Assembly: GCA_963745835.1 (NCBI GenBank) | Contig: CAVUZH010000025.1 | Coordinates: 96,001-160,000, forward strand | Reading direction: 5' to 3' | DNA: 64,000 nt | Source: an uncultured delta proteobacterium | GTDB lineage: Bacteria > Desulfobacterota > Binatia > UBA9968 | Shown: positions 54,408-64,000 of the stretch, one piece after another | Numbering within the stretch: the first letter of the stretch is position 1 | Layout of the letters: each line of letters starts with the position of its first letter | Made by a program: the position numbers and the translations under genes | Notes under the pieces: generated by a model | What the model was told of the DNA's origin: nothing | What the model saw: only the letters and a program-made list of their open reading frames with translations | Database searches by the model: none

Positions 54408-56128
54408 ATGCGAGAACGTTCTAATGGCGTCCTTCTGGGAAGAACGACGGCGATTGAACAAGCGGTTTTTGATTGGTGCCTCCGAAACGCGGAAGCCTGC
54501 TTGGCAGAGGCTGCTCTTGAAAAGTCATTTCGGTGGGCTCGGCTAGCAGCAGTCATCGCTAATAGATTCTCGTTCGGAGAGATGGCGTCTTCTGCGCTCG
54601 AAGAGCATCTTTTGAGAATAGCGAGAGAGTTGCCGATACCGAGGCAAAACGCCGCACGGGGCGGGCAGCGGCATGAGCGATGGATGCACGTCTCTACGGA
54701 AACATATCCGACCGGAGGACACACCGCGATCATCCGAAAATGGATCGAACTTGATGCGAGTGCACATCGACACAGCATAGCGCTGCTGGATCAGAAGAAG
54801 GAAGTTCCAACGGCTCTGAGCGATCTGGTTCACGGTACGGGAGGTGGACGTACTAAGGTTAGATACGAACGCACTCATTGCTAAGCCGTGCGATGCAACT
54901 CAGAAAAGCCTCGATGGAAGCTGACGTCGTCGTCTTGCACCTCTTTCCCGACGAAGTAATTCCGGTCGTTGCCTTGGGAGTATCCTGCGGGCCGCCGGTA
55001 CTGCTGATGAACATCGCGGATCACGAGTTCTGGAGCGGCGGTTCTGTAGCGGACGTGGTTGTGAACTTGCGACAATCAGGAAACGATTGGATAGTGCGTC
55101 ATCGCGGTATTCCAAGGATTAGCTATCTTCCCACGCCTCTTGCGATGCCTGATATGACTGCCGAGCAGTGTTCCGAGCTGCGAGCAAGCACGCGCAAAGC
55201 CTTGGAATTGCCACTGGACGCACCCGTGATCCTCACATCAGGCGAGGCGTACAAATACACGCCGCTACCGGATCTCAACTTCTTCGGCGCGGCGCGAGCG
55301 ATTTTGTCGTCCTGCCCGGACGCCTATTTGCTGGCAGTTGGTCCGAGCGAAGTTGACGAATGGAAGGCGCTTCGGCAAGGCACAGGGGGCCGCGTCCGGG
55401 CCGTTGGATTACAGAAGGACGTTTCGGCTTATCGCGCGTGCGCCGACATATATCTGGAGGGGTTTCCTTTTGGCTCCAACGGGGCGTTTCTTGAAGCGTG
55501 CATTGATGGAATTCCCTGCGTACGGGCCCCGCGAGTATGCCTGCCATTGGTCGGCTCGGATGGCGTGGCCCCGGGCGAATTAGATCAACCACCAGACATC
55601 GCAGCATACGTTAGAAGGGCTGTTGAATTGATAGCCGACAAAGATGAACGCCGGCGTTGTGGCAAGTCCCTCGCAAGAGCGGTAAGAGAGCGCCACAGTG
55701 GTTCAGGTTGGGTTAGGTATCTGAGAGATTTGGAGACCCAGCTGCCGACGCGCCATTCGGTTTTCCACCTTTCGGCCCCTGAGCCGGTGCCGGAGCAGGT
55801 CGCAGACTTTTGGACGAAGTTTCTAATTCACCGATTCGGTAACGAAGATCCGCTTAATAATGCATATCGTTCGGCGCTCAGTTTAGGCCTGAAACCTAAA
55901 ATGGATGATGCTTTGATGAAAGTTGTGCGGCCGTCCAGGCATGTACGGGGCCATAGCGCTGTACATGAAGCGGTAACAACTTTAGTCGGTCCTATGCTGT
56001 CGCTGCTACCATCCAAGACCTCAAGTATAGTCTACGATAAAGTGGTCGCCCGTCTATGTCATGATGGCCGGATCATGCGTATGTATCGTCGGGTCAGGAA
56101 CGACATTTCTCGCCGCGCTTGCGCCTAA
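54408..56128 (+). CDS. GT-B glycosyltransferase-like protein, frameshift near 54850-54880
   Basis: TETYPTGGHT, NIADHEFW.G, ADIYLEGFPFGS..LEA. Confidence 0.6.
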
Positions 56129-56334
56129 TGCCACAAAGCCGCTATTACCGCTACTTTATGCGCCGGTCTCTGGATAAACCTCAAAGCCCCGATGGCAAAT
56201 TGGCTTCTACGTTGCTTGAAGCCTCGCTAGAAAAGCTCCAGATTCATCGATTTCGCTGGCCGAACTGGTTCTGACCTATGTACTTTTTCCTTTCACCTAC
56301 TAGCCAAGCATTCACCGACCCTCTGCGATTCATT

Positions 56335-57146
56335 ATGCAATTGGAAGCCGCGAAGAAATCCTTAAAGTCGGTGCTCCCCGAGGAGCCTGGAACATGGCCC
56401 GCGATGCGGTTTATTGTATTCGCAGGTATAAATACAATTTCGAGCGTCAACCTCCCGTGGGCTGGGTTCGCTTCGGTTCGTTTCGTCGAGTGCATCCTAT
56501 CGACGCCGAGTTTGGTTTCCGCTGGGGACAAGTTATCGATCGATACTACATTGAGAAATTCTTACAGCAGTACGCATCCGAGATTCACGGCACCGTACTT
56601 GAGGTTGCCGACGATGGTTATACGAAACGCTTTGGAGGCAAACGGGTCAGCCGATCCGACGTGCTTCATTATACAAATGATAATCCGAAAGCGACGATTG
56701 TCGCCGACCTGATCGATGCTCCGCAGATACCGTCTAATACTTTCGATTGCATTATTTTGACCCAGACCCTGCAATTTATATATGATCTGCGCGCGGCCGC
56801 TAAGACGCTTCACCGCATTCTCAAGCCCGGCGGTACTTTGCTGGTGACGTCTCACGGAACCAGCCAGATATCTCAGCACGATATGCAACATTGGGGGGAA
56901 TACTGGCGCTTGACCTCTCTGTCTGCCCGCAAGCTTTTTACAGAAGTCTTTCCCGAACCCTGTGTTACGGTTCAGGCTTATGGAAACGTGCTTGCCGCCA
57001 CTGCCTTCCTGCATGGCATTACCGCGCAAGAGCTTCGTCGCGAGGAGCTGGATTACCATGACCAACACTACGAGGTGCTTATCGGCATCCGTGTTACTAA
57101 GCCGTTTCTGGGCACACACAACGAAGCAGTCTCGAATTCCTGCTAG
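56335..57146 (+). CDS. Class I SAM methyltransferase, frameshift near 56385
   Basis: FGFRWGQVIDRYYIE.FL, FDCIILTQTL, RILKPGG, YWRLT, YGNVL. Confidence 0.82.
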
Positions 57147-57215
57147 TCAGCAAGAACAAGGGATCCGCAAGCGGCAGTCGAATGCTACTGCACTAAAGAT
57201 ATGGGAGAGTGAAGC

Positions 57216-57992
57216 ATGAAAGCGGTTATCCTGGCAGGCGGACTCGGCTCTCGGTTGTCCGAAGAGACGACGCTCCGTCCGAAGCCGATGGTCGAGATAG
57301 GCGGCAAGCCGATCCTTTGGCACATTATGAAGACCTATGCTTGCCACGGCATCAATGAATTTATAGTGGCGTTAGGCTACAAGGCGGAAGTGGTCAAAGA
57401 CTATTTTCTGCGGTTCTATGCGATCAACAACGACCTTACGATCGACCTGGCTTCCGGAGCGACGACCATTCATAAAAACGGTCACCAGACAGATTGGAAA
57501 GTGCACCTTGCCGATACCGGTCTTCACACCCAAACAGGAGGGCGGCTGAAACGATTGCAGAAGTGGCTCGCCAATGACGAAACCTTCTTGTTTACTTATG
57601 GCGATGGAGTCACCGATCTTAACATCGTCGCTCTACTTGAGTTCCATCGGCGACATGGAAAGATCGCCACGGTCACGACGGTTCGTTCACCCGCTCGGTT
57701 CGGACGAATCGGGTTTACCGGAGACCAGGTCACGGACTTCTATGAAAAGCCGGAAACCGGCGAGGGCTGGATCAATGGCGGCTACTTTGTTCTCAACCGC
57801 AGGGCGCTCGACTACATCGAAGGCGATGAGTCGATCTGGGAACATGGGCCGGTTGATAGACTGGCAAAAGACGGTCAATTGATGGGCTATCGCCATCACG
57901 GCTTCTGGTCCTGCATGGATACCTTGAAAGAGAAAAACACTTTGGAAGAATTTTGGAATTCCGGCAAGGCGCCATGGGTTATATGGAAGTAA
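57216..57992 (+). CDS. rfbF: Glucose-1-phosphate cytidylyltransferase
   Basis: ILAGGLGSRLSEET..PKPMVEIG, TGGRLKR, TYGDG, WINGG, GFWSCMDTL. Confidence 0.95.
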   Translation: MKAVILAGGLGSRLSEETTLRPKPMVEIGGKPILWHIMKTYACHGINEFIVALGYKAEVVKDYFLRFYAINNDLTIDLASGATTIHKNGHQTDWKVHLADTGLHTQTGGRLKRLQKWLANDETFLFTYGDGVTDLNIVALLEFHRRHGKIATVTTVRSPARFGRIGFTGDQVTDFYEKPETGEGWINGGYFVLNRRALDYIEGDESIWEHGPVDRLAKDGQLMGYRHHGFWSCMDTLKEKNTLEEFWNSGKAPWVIWK

Positions 57993-58251
57993 CCATGGTT
58001 CAGCTTTGTCGGGTCGAGCAACAATGAAAGTACCGGTCAGAGGAAGGGGAACCTTAAATGGTTCATTGCTGCTTCACTATTTGGAGCAGCCACGATGAGT
58101 TCTAGTCGACACGGTTTTAGCGTGAGGCGTTGCAGAGCTACCGGTTACAGGGTCAAGCGGCAATCGAAATCGTCGCGTCCTCCTCTTAAAGGTAAGCCTT
58201 CTAGATGCATTTGCTTGCCGATAACTAGTGAATCGTCTGAAGGTCATCGAA

Positions 58252-59269
58252 ATGGCACAGACAACTGACAATCTGATCGCAGATAACGAGAAACACTCCG
58301 GCTGGCTTTATCATAGGTGCAAATTTATTTTAGGTCCGAGATTTGTCGAGCGATTCCCTGCATGGCATAGATTCGCCATTAGTAGCGGGATGTATCTCAC
58401 TGTCCATCCAGATCTAGCGCTGCATCATGTGAGACACAACGACATAATCTTCGTTCTGCTCGGGTTCATGTTGGACCCGGACGAGCCGACGGCTGATGAT
58501 ACTGCTATCCTGACGTGGGTTGATCCAGCAGTTTGACAATTGTGCCAACATTTTCTCGCAGACGGCGCGATTCGGCGGAAGATGGACCCTTATTATCGAT
58601 GACGGATCGCGCTTGATGGTTTTTAATGACGCCATAGGCTCACGACGAGTCTTTTTCACCGATCTGCGATTTACGAGAGAGCTTTGGTGCTGTTCGGAGC
58701 CTAGTCTGATCGCAGACATATTGGATTTAAAAGTAGATGAGGACGCTGCCAGCTATCTTGCCGCGGCCGTAAAGATAGATCCCGAGTATTGGTGGCCTGG
58801 TGAGAGCACATTATATAAAGGGATCCGCCATTTGCTCCCCAATCATTATCTAGATTTAAACACTGGAAAAACAGGCAGGTACTGGCCGAGTCGTAATCTG
58901 AGTATGCTCCCGCTTGATGTTGTCGTAAGGCGTTGTTCGTTTCTTCTACGGGGTCTTTTGGCTAGCGCAGCAAACCGGTTTAATCTAATGGTGACATTGA
59001 CGGCCGGTTGGGATAGCAGGTTGGTATTGGCCGCTTCGAAAGATATTCGGCACCAGTTATCTTACATGACGTTAAGGCAAGCGGGCGAGCCTGATGATGA
59101 TCCAGACATCACGGTGGCATCCAAAATTGCAAGTAAACTAGAGTTACGACATCAGGTTGTGAGTGCTCATCAGACGGTTGACGAAAATTTCCGGGAATTA
59201 TTTACAAAGCATAGCATGCCGGCGTCTTCGTCGATCTGGGGATGTCGCCTCTGTCAAACGCTTATTTAA
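58252..59269 (+). pseudogene. Asparagine-synthase-related protein, frameshifted and apparently C-terminally truncated
   Basis: GGRWTLI..DAIGSR, YWWPG..TLY..LLPNHYLDL..RYWP, TLTAGWDSR; ends by running out of frame into the next gene. Confidence 0.55.
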
Positions 59270-60411
59270 AGCCGTCCGATCTGGCTCGAATGGAGCCCTT
59301 CTACCCGCTTGTAGTCTTTGTTTGCGGGCAATGCTTCTTGGTCCAGCTCGAGGAGTTCGAGAGTCCGGACGGTATTTTCAGCGACTACTCGTATTTCTCT
59401 TCGTATTCAGAGTCGTGGGTCGAGCATGCCCGTATTTATACCGAGATGATCGTCGATAGGCTTAAGCTCGGTCGTAAGCATCGGGTGATCGAGCTCGCCA
59501 GTAATGACGGTTATCTCTTGCAGCATTTCGTCGGCCGAGAAATCCCGGTTCTTGGAATCGAGCCGGCAGCGAACGTCGCCGAAGCGGCCATCAAGAAGAA
59601 CATCCCGACACGAATAGAGTTCTTCGGCGAAACCATGGCTCGTCGTCTGGTGCAGGAAGGTATTGGTGCCGATTTGATCGTCGGCAACAATGTCCTCGCG
59701 CACGTTCCCGCACTCAATGATTTTGTCAAAGGACTGAAGATTCTGCTCAATCCTGGGGGAGTGATCACCCTGGAGTTCCCACATTTGATGCGGCTAATGG
59801 ATGAGAATCAATTTGACACGATTTACCACGAACACTTCTCGTACTTCTCATTCCATACGGTGGCGCAGATCATGGCGCGGCATGGGCTCAGCGTTTTTGA
59901 TGTTGACGAACTTTCGACCCATGGCGGTTCGTTAAGAATTTACCTGCGGCATCAAGAAGATTCGAGCAAACCGACGGAAAAACGTGTCGAAGACCTCGCT
60001 GCCCGCGAGACCGCTGCGGCGGTTTCCGATTTGGAAACTTACCTTTGCTTCGGCGAGAAAGTAAAACAGACCAAACGCAAATTTCTGGATTTCTTGATCA
60101 CGGCAAAAAACGAGGGACGCTCGGTGGTGGGTTACGGGGCTCCGGCTAAGGGCAATACGCTGCTGAATTTCTGCGGCGTCCGGACGGATTTCATTGATTA
60201 CACCGTTGATCGAAGCCCACATAAGCAGGGTCATTTTTTGCCTGGAACACGCATTCCAATCCATCATCCCGATCGGATCATGGAAACACGCCCCGATTAT
60301 GTACTCATTTTGCCTTGGAATCTCACCGACGAAATTACTGCCCAGATGAGCTACATTCGAACTTGGAACGGGCGCTTTGTGGTGCCTATTCCGGAAGTGA
60401 AAATTCTCTAG
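59242..60411 (+). CDS. NDP-hexose C-methyltransferase (TylCIII/EryBIII-like), N-terminus truncated
   Basis: DLGMSPLSN, C..C.LVQL, ELASNDGYLL, FDTIYHEH, THGGSLR, GYGAPAKGNTLL; first CxxC missing. Confidence 0.85.
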   Translation: MSPLSNAYLKPSDLARMEPFYPLVVFVCGQCFLVQLEEFESPDGIFSDYSYFSSYSESWVEHARIYTEMIVDRLKLGRKHRVIELASNDGYLLQHFVGREIPVLGIEPAANVAEAAIKKNIPTRIEFFGETMARRLVQEGIGADLIVGNNVLAHVPALNDFVKGLKILLNPGGVITLEFPHLMRLMDENQFDTIYHEHFSYFSFHTVAQIMARHGLSVFDVDELSTHGGSLRIYLRHQEDSSKPTEKRVEDLAARETAAAVSDLETYLCFGEKVKQTKRKFLDFLITAKNEGRSVVGYGAPAKGNTLLNFCGVRTDFIDYTVDRSPHKQGHFLPGTRIPIHHPDRIMETRPDYVLILPWNLTDEITAQMSYIRTWNGRFVVPIPEVKIL

Positions 60412-60549
60412 GTTCGCTGCTGAACGGTCCCAGCGCATCGATGATTGCTCCTTTGCGCGGCTAGTCACTGATCTCAAGAGAACACAAGAACGCTCCAGAA
60501 AAACGGCATAGTGAGCTTTAACGATGATTTCTAACAACAGGAGACTGCA

Positions 60550-61647
60550 ATGAATATCCTTATTACCGGCAGCGATGGCTATATTGGTACCGTTCTAGCA
60601 GCTTATCTAACGGCACGCGGGCACAGTGTCACAGGTCTAGATACCGGCTTTTATCGCGAGGGCTGGCTGTACAATGATCATGCCTTACAACGCCCGCGCT
60701 GTGTGAATACGGATCTTCGCGCAATAACCGAAAGCGACGTCCTTGGTTTTGAAGCCGTGGTTCATCTGGCAGAGTTGTCCAACGATCCCCTAGGGCAGCA
60801 CAATCCTGAATTGACCTACGCGATCAATCATAAGGGCAGCGTGGCACTGGCGACTATGTGTATGAAAAATGGAGTGTCAAGGTTTGTCTATACGTCATCA
60901 TGCAGCGTGTATGGAACGGGCTCCGGTGAGTTCAAATCGGAAGAGTCCGAAACCAATCCGCAGACAGCTTATGCCAAGTGTAAGCTTCTAGTGGAAAACG
61001 ACCTGATGCGACTTGCCAATGACAACTTTTCACCGACCTTTTTGCGCAACTCCACTGCTTACGGACCCTCGCCGCGGATGCGCTTCGATCTGGTGCTAAA
61101 TAATCTCGGCGGCTTGGCATGGACGACCCAACAGATAAAAATGACCAGCGATGGCAGTCCCTGGCGTCCTCTCGTTCATGTCCGGGATATCGCGCAAGCC
61201 ATCGGCTGCGTTTTGGAAGCTCCGAGAAGCGTTATCCACAATCAAGTTTTCAACGTCGGCTCAAACAGCGAGAACTACCAGGTCAGACAGATCGCCGAAA
61301 TCGTCGCTGAAGCCTTTCTTGGCTGCGAGCTTTCGTTTGGAAAGAGCGATGGCGATAACCGTAGTTATCGTGTTTGCTTCGATAAAATCCATTCACTGCT
61401 GCCGGAGTTTAAATGCAGGTTTAACGCCCGGGACGGCGCCTTCGAGTTGTATGATCTGTTTCAAAGGATCGACATGACGCGCGACGTGTTTGACTTCCGC
61501 GCCTACACACGCCTAAAGCAACTCGAATATCTCTTACGCACCGGCCAAATCGACGACCAATTCTACTGGATCAAATCGAATGGTTCGCATGCTGTGTCAG
61601 AAACTTCGTACCAACTCGGTGTTAACCGGGCGCTGGCCACAGGTTGA
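60550..61647 (+). CDS. NAD-dependent epimerase/reductase (extended SDR)
   Basis: ITGSDGYIG, HLAELSNDP, SSCSVYG, YAKCK, SPRMRFDLVLN. Confidence 0.9.
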   Translation: MNILITGSDGYIGTVLAAYLTARGHSVTGLDTGFYREGWLYNDHALQRPRCVNTDLRAITESDVLGFEAVVHLAELSNDPLGQHNPELTYAINHKGSVALATMCMKNGVSRFVYTSSCSVYGTGSGEFKSEESETNPQTAYAKCKLLVENDLMRLANDNFSPTFLRNSTAYGPSPRMRFDLVLNNLGGLAWTTQQIKMTSDGSPWRPLVHVRDIAQAIGCVLEAPRSVIHNQVFNVGSNSENYQVRQIAEIVAEAFLGCELSFGKSDGDNRSYRVCFDKIHSLLPEFKCRFNARDGAFELYDLFQRIDMTRDVFDFRAYTRLKQLEYLLRTGQIDDQFYWIKSNGSHAVSETSYQLGVNRALATG

Positions 61648-61724
61648 CTCAAGAGAAATTTTTGTTCAAATGCTTGTAGCGCATCCTCCGCCAATGTCCG
61701 ACTCATTTAGGTTACAGCGATGGT

Positions 61725-63185
61725 ATGAATATGAACAGCAGTTTTTGGCAATCAAGAAGGGTTCTTATAACCGGCCACACCGGGTTCAAAGGCAGCTGGT
61801 TGTCTCTCTGGCTTCAATGCTTGGGCGCCAATGTAGTTGGTTACGCACTTGACCCGCCGACCGAGCCAAATCTTTTCCAAACGGCCAAAGTTGCCGAGAG
61901 GATGAGTTCGATCACCGCCGACGTGCTGGATAGAAGCGCTTTGAAGTCGGCTATTGAAAAACATCAGCCTGAGGTGGTATTCCACCTGGCCGCTCAGTCG
62001 CTAGTCCGTGAATCCTATAAGAATCCGGTCGAGACCTTTTCGACCAATGTGATGGGTCTGGTGCACTTATTGGAAGCTGTTCGTACAACCGATGGAGTGA
62101 GGGCGGTTGTCTGCGTCACATCGGATAAATGCTACCAAAATCGTGAATGGGTTTGGGGCTATCGAGAAGATGAGCCGATGGGCGGTTATGATCCGTACAG
62201 CAGCAGCAAGGGCTGCTCGGAATTGGTCGCTGCTGCCTATCGAAATTCCTTTTTTAACGAACGTGAATATTCGCAGCACGAAGTGGCGGTGGCGACAGCC
62301 CGGGCTGGAAACGTTATCGGTGGCGGTGACTGGGCAAAAGATCGGCTGCTTCCCGACTTAATACGATCGGTGAGCCGTGGTGAGGATATCGTCTTGAGGA
62401 ACCCTCATGCTATCAGGCCTTGGCAACACGTGCTCGATCCGCTTGCCGGATACTTGATGCTCGCGGAATCTCTTTTCAAAGATGGCCCACGTTTCAGCGA
62501 AGCCTGGAATTTTGCACCGGCAGAATCTCATACAGTGACCCAAGTGGTTGGACAACTGCTCTCGCTCTGGGGCAGCCAGGTTTCTGCCAAGCATGATCAG
62601 AGTCGTCAACCACACGAAGATCCGTACATGATTTTGGACAGTACCAAGGCACGGGTAAAGTTGGATTGGAAACCAGTATTAGACTTGCGCACGAGTCTAA
62701 GTTGGATTGTCACATGGGTGAAGCGCTTGCAGGCGGGCGCCGATATGCGCAGCGTAACAGAGTCGCAAATTAGGGCCTACATGGACATAGGTCAGAACAG
62801 CAGGACTGGAGATCAAGGCCAAGACGGTACGCCAGCTCATCGTAACGATGCTGAGCTTCTCGATCTGCTTCACGAAACGGTCATGGTTCGCGACATGAAA
62901 GGCAGAATCCAATATTGGAATCCGGGCGCCGACGAGATGTACGGTTGGAAGAGCGAAGAAGCCGTAGGCAGTATTTCCCATGAACTTCTGCGAACGAAAT
63001 TTCCCCGACCCTTGAGGGATATCGAAGCCGAACTCCTTAAGGAAGGACGTTGGCAAGGAGAGCTCGTGCACACCAAGAGAAACGGTAGCGCTGTGGTGGT
63101 AAAGAGTCGCTGGCTGTTGAAGCGGGACGGTAAAAATAATGCTGGTGAAATCTTCGAGATTAATCAGGTCTGCGCTAATCGATGA
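61725..63185 (+). CDS. rfbG: CDP-glucose 4,6-dehydratase with a C-terminal PAS domain
   Basis: TGHTGFKGSWL, TSDKCY, DPYSSSKGC, RAGNVIGGGDW, RPWQHVL; then PAS LLDL..VRD..GRI.YWN.GA..YGW..EA.G..W.GE..H. Confidence 0.9.
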   Translation: MNMNSSFWQSRRVLITGHTGFKGSWLSLWLQCLGANVVGYALDPPTEPNLFQTAKVAERMSSITADVLDRSALKSAIEKHQPEVVFHLAAQSLVRESYKNPVETFSTNVMGLVHLLEAVRTTDGVRAVVCVTSDKCYQNREWVWGYREDEPMGGYDPYSSSKGCSELVAAAYRNSFFNEREYSQHEVAVATARAGNVIGGGDWAKDRLLPDLIRSVSRGEDIVLRNPHAIRPWQHVLDPLAGYLMLAESLFKDGPRFSEAWNFAPAESHTVTQVVGQLLSLWGSQVSAKHDQSRQPHEDPYMILDSTKARVKLDWKPVLDLRTSLSWIVTWVKRLQAGADMRSVTESQIRAYMDIGQNSRTGDQGQDGTPAHRNDAELLDLLHETVMVRDMKGRIQYWNPGADEMYGWKSEEAVGSISHELLRTKFPRPLRDIEAELLKEGRWQGELVHTKRNGSAVVVKSRWLLKRDGKNNAGEIFEINQVCANR

Positions 63186-63256
63186 GCAGGGTTCTAACTG
63201 ATTAATTCTCGAACGCTCAGGATCTTCGGTCCGTTTGTCCGCCATGTCATAGTTCC

Positions 63257-63796
63257 GTGATCTTTAAAGAAACTAAACTCCAAGGCGCTTATATCATTCA
63301 GGTTGAGCCTTTCGAGGACGAACGCGGATCTTTCGCTCGCACGTTCTGTCGCGAAGAATTCGAGACACGAGGTCTGAATTCGGCGGTGGCTCAGTGCAAC
63401 GTTTCTCAGAACCGTAGGAAAGGCACGGTTCGGGGCATGCATTATCAAATCGCGCCTCATGCCGAGGCGAAGTTGATCACCTGTATTGCCGGCTCGATCT
63501 ACGACGTCATTATCGATTTAAGACCCGGTTCAATCACCTGTTGCCAATGGATTGCGGTGGAGCTCAGCGCGCGCCATCCCCGTAACCTCCTCTATATCCC
63601 CGAGGGCTTCGCGCACGGATTTCAAACGCTCGAAGACGGTACCGAGGTTTTTTACCAGATGTCACACATTTATGTACCCCAGGCGGCTCGCGGAGTACGC
63701 TGGGATGATCCCGCGTTTGCGATCCGCTGGCCAGATGGTCCCCGAACGATATCGGAACGCGACCAGCATTATCCGGATTTTAGTCCCGCCACATGA
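63257..63796 (+). CDS. rfbC: NDP-4-keto-6-deoxyhexose 3,5-epimerase
   Basis: DERG.F.R, GTVRGMHYQ, DVIIDLR, PEGFAHGFQ, RWDDP. Confidence 0.92.
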   Translation: MIFKETKLQGAYIIQVEPFEDERGSFARTFCREEFETRGLNSAVAQCNVSQNRRKGTVRGMHYQIAPHAEAKLITCIAGSIYDVIIDLRPGSITCCQWIAVELSARHPRNLLYIPEGFAHGFQTLEDGTEVFYQMSHIYVPQAARGVRWDDPAFAIRWPDGPRTISERDQHYPDFSPAT

Positions 63797-63875
63797 ACGT
63801 CTCGACTTTTTAGGAGGTCGTCACGACGTTTAGGCCCGTAATGCCGCTTTGACCAGCACTTTCAAAAGTAAGACT

Positions 63876-64000
63876 ATGCTCGTGGTAAGCCGATGTCAGT
63901 ACCTGAGCTTTTTCGTAAGAAACACTACAACCGCTTCATCGAATCTCGACAGAGCTAATGTGGGCGAGGAGATGTACCGGTTTGTTACTGACCTGTTTCC
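63876..64000 (+). CDS. Probable DUF4910-domain protein, N-terminus only (runs off window end; start uncertain)
   Basis: Open frame reading GEEMYRFVTDLFP, resembling the G.EMY....LFPICRSITG start of this family; typical position after rfbC. Confidence 0.55.
   Translation, partial: MLVVSRCQYLSFFVRNTTTASSNLDRANVGEEMYRFVTDLF

Noticed and set aside
52910-60537. Long antisense ORFs (e.g. 52910..53590, 56562..57119, 59932..60537) and similar shadow ORFs elsewhere
   Set aside because: They overlap well-supported plus-strand genes and show no protein motifs

Overview
Bacterial DNA (about 50-55% GC by eye; taxon cannot be assigned from sequence alone). The window is almost entirely one very large surface/exo-polysaccharide locus on the + strand, from about 2.5 kb to beyond 64 kb, divergent from glycogen genes glgA-glgC. 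It opens with a sigma54-type promoter and a NusG-paralogue antiterminator, followed by wza, a Wzc-like co-polymerase and a BY-kinase-like protein whose Walker A Lys is replaced. The rest comprises about 13 glycosyltransferase-like genes, a Wzy/O-antigen-ligase-like protein, a Wzm/Wzt ABC exporter, nucleotide-sugar pathways (WbpB-D/WbpE/WbpI-like; RfbF/RfbG/RfbC with a C-methyltransferase) and many tailoring enzymes. Main hypothesis: a carbamoyltransferase-SxtJ-SxtK(DUF5989) module, whose 50-aa peptide ends in a DltX-like FIYxxF motif, may act with a membrane-anchored SGNH protein as a trans-envelope polysaccharide carbamoylation relay. Other oddities: an RfbG-PAS fusion, a 169-nt internally deleted group II intron, a decayed four-helix-bundle gene with heptamer repeats between wzm and wzt, a 32-bp repeat cluster, and an antisense LamG/beta-helix gene. 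About 25 single-base frameshifts are probably long-read errors, so split genes are reported as merged CDSs. No rRNA, tRNA or CRISPR array was seen.
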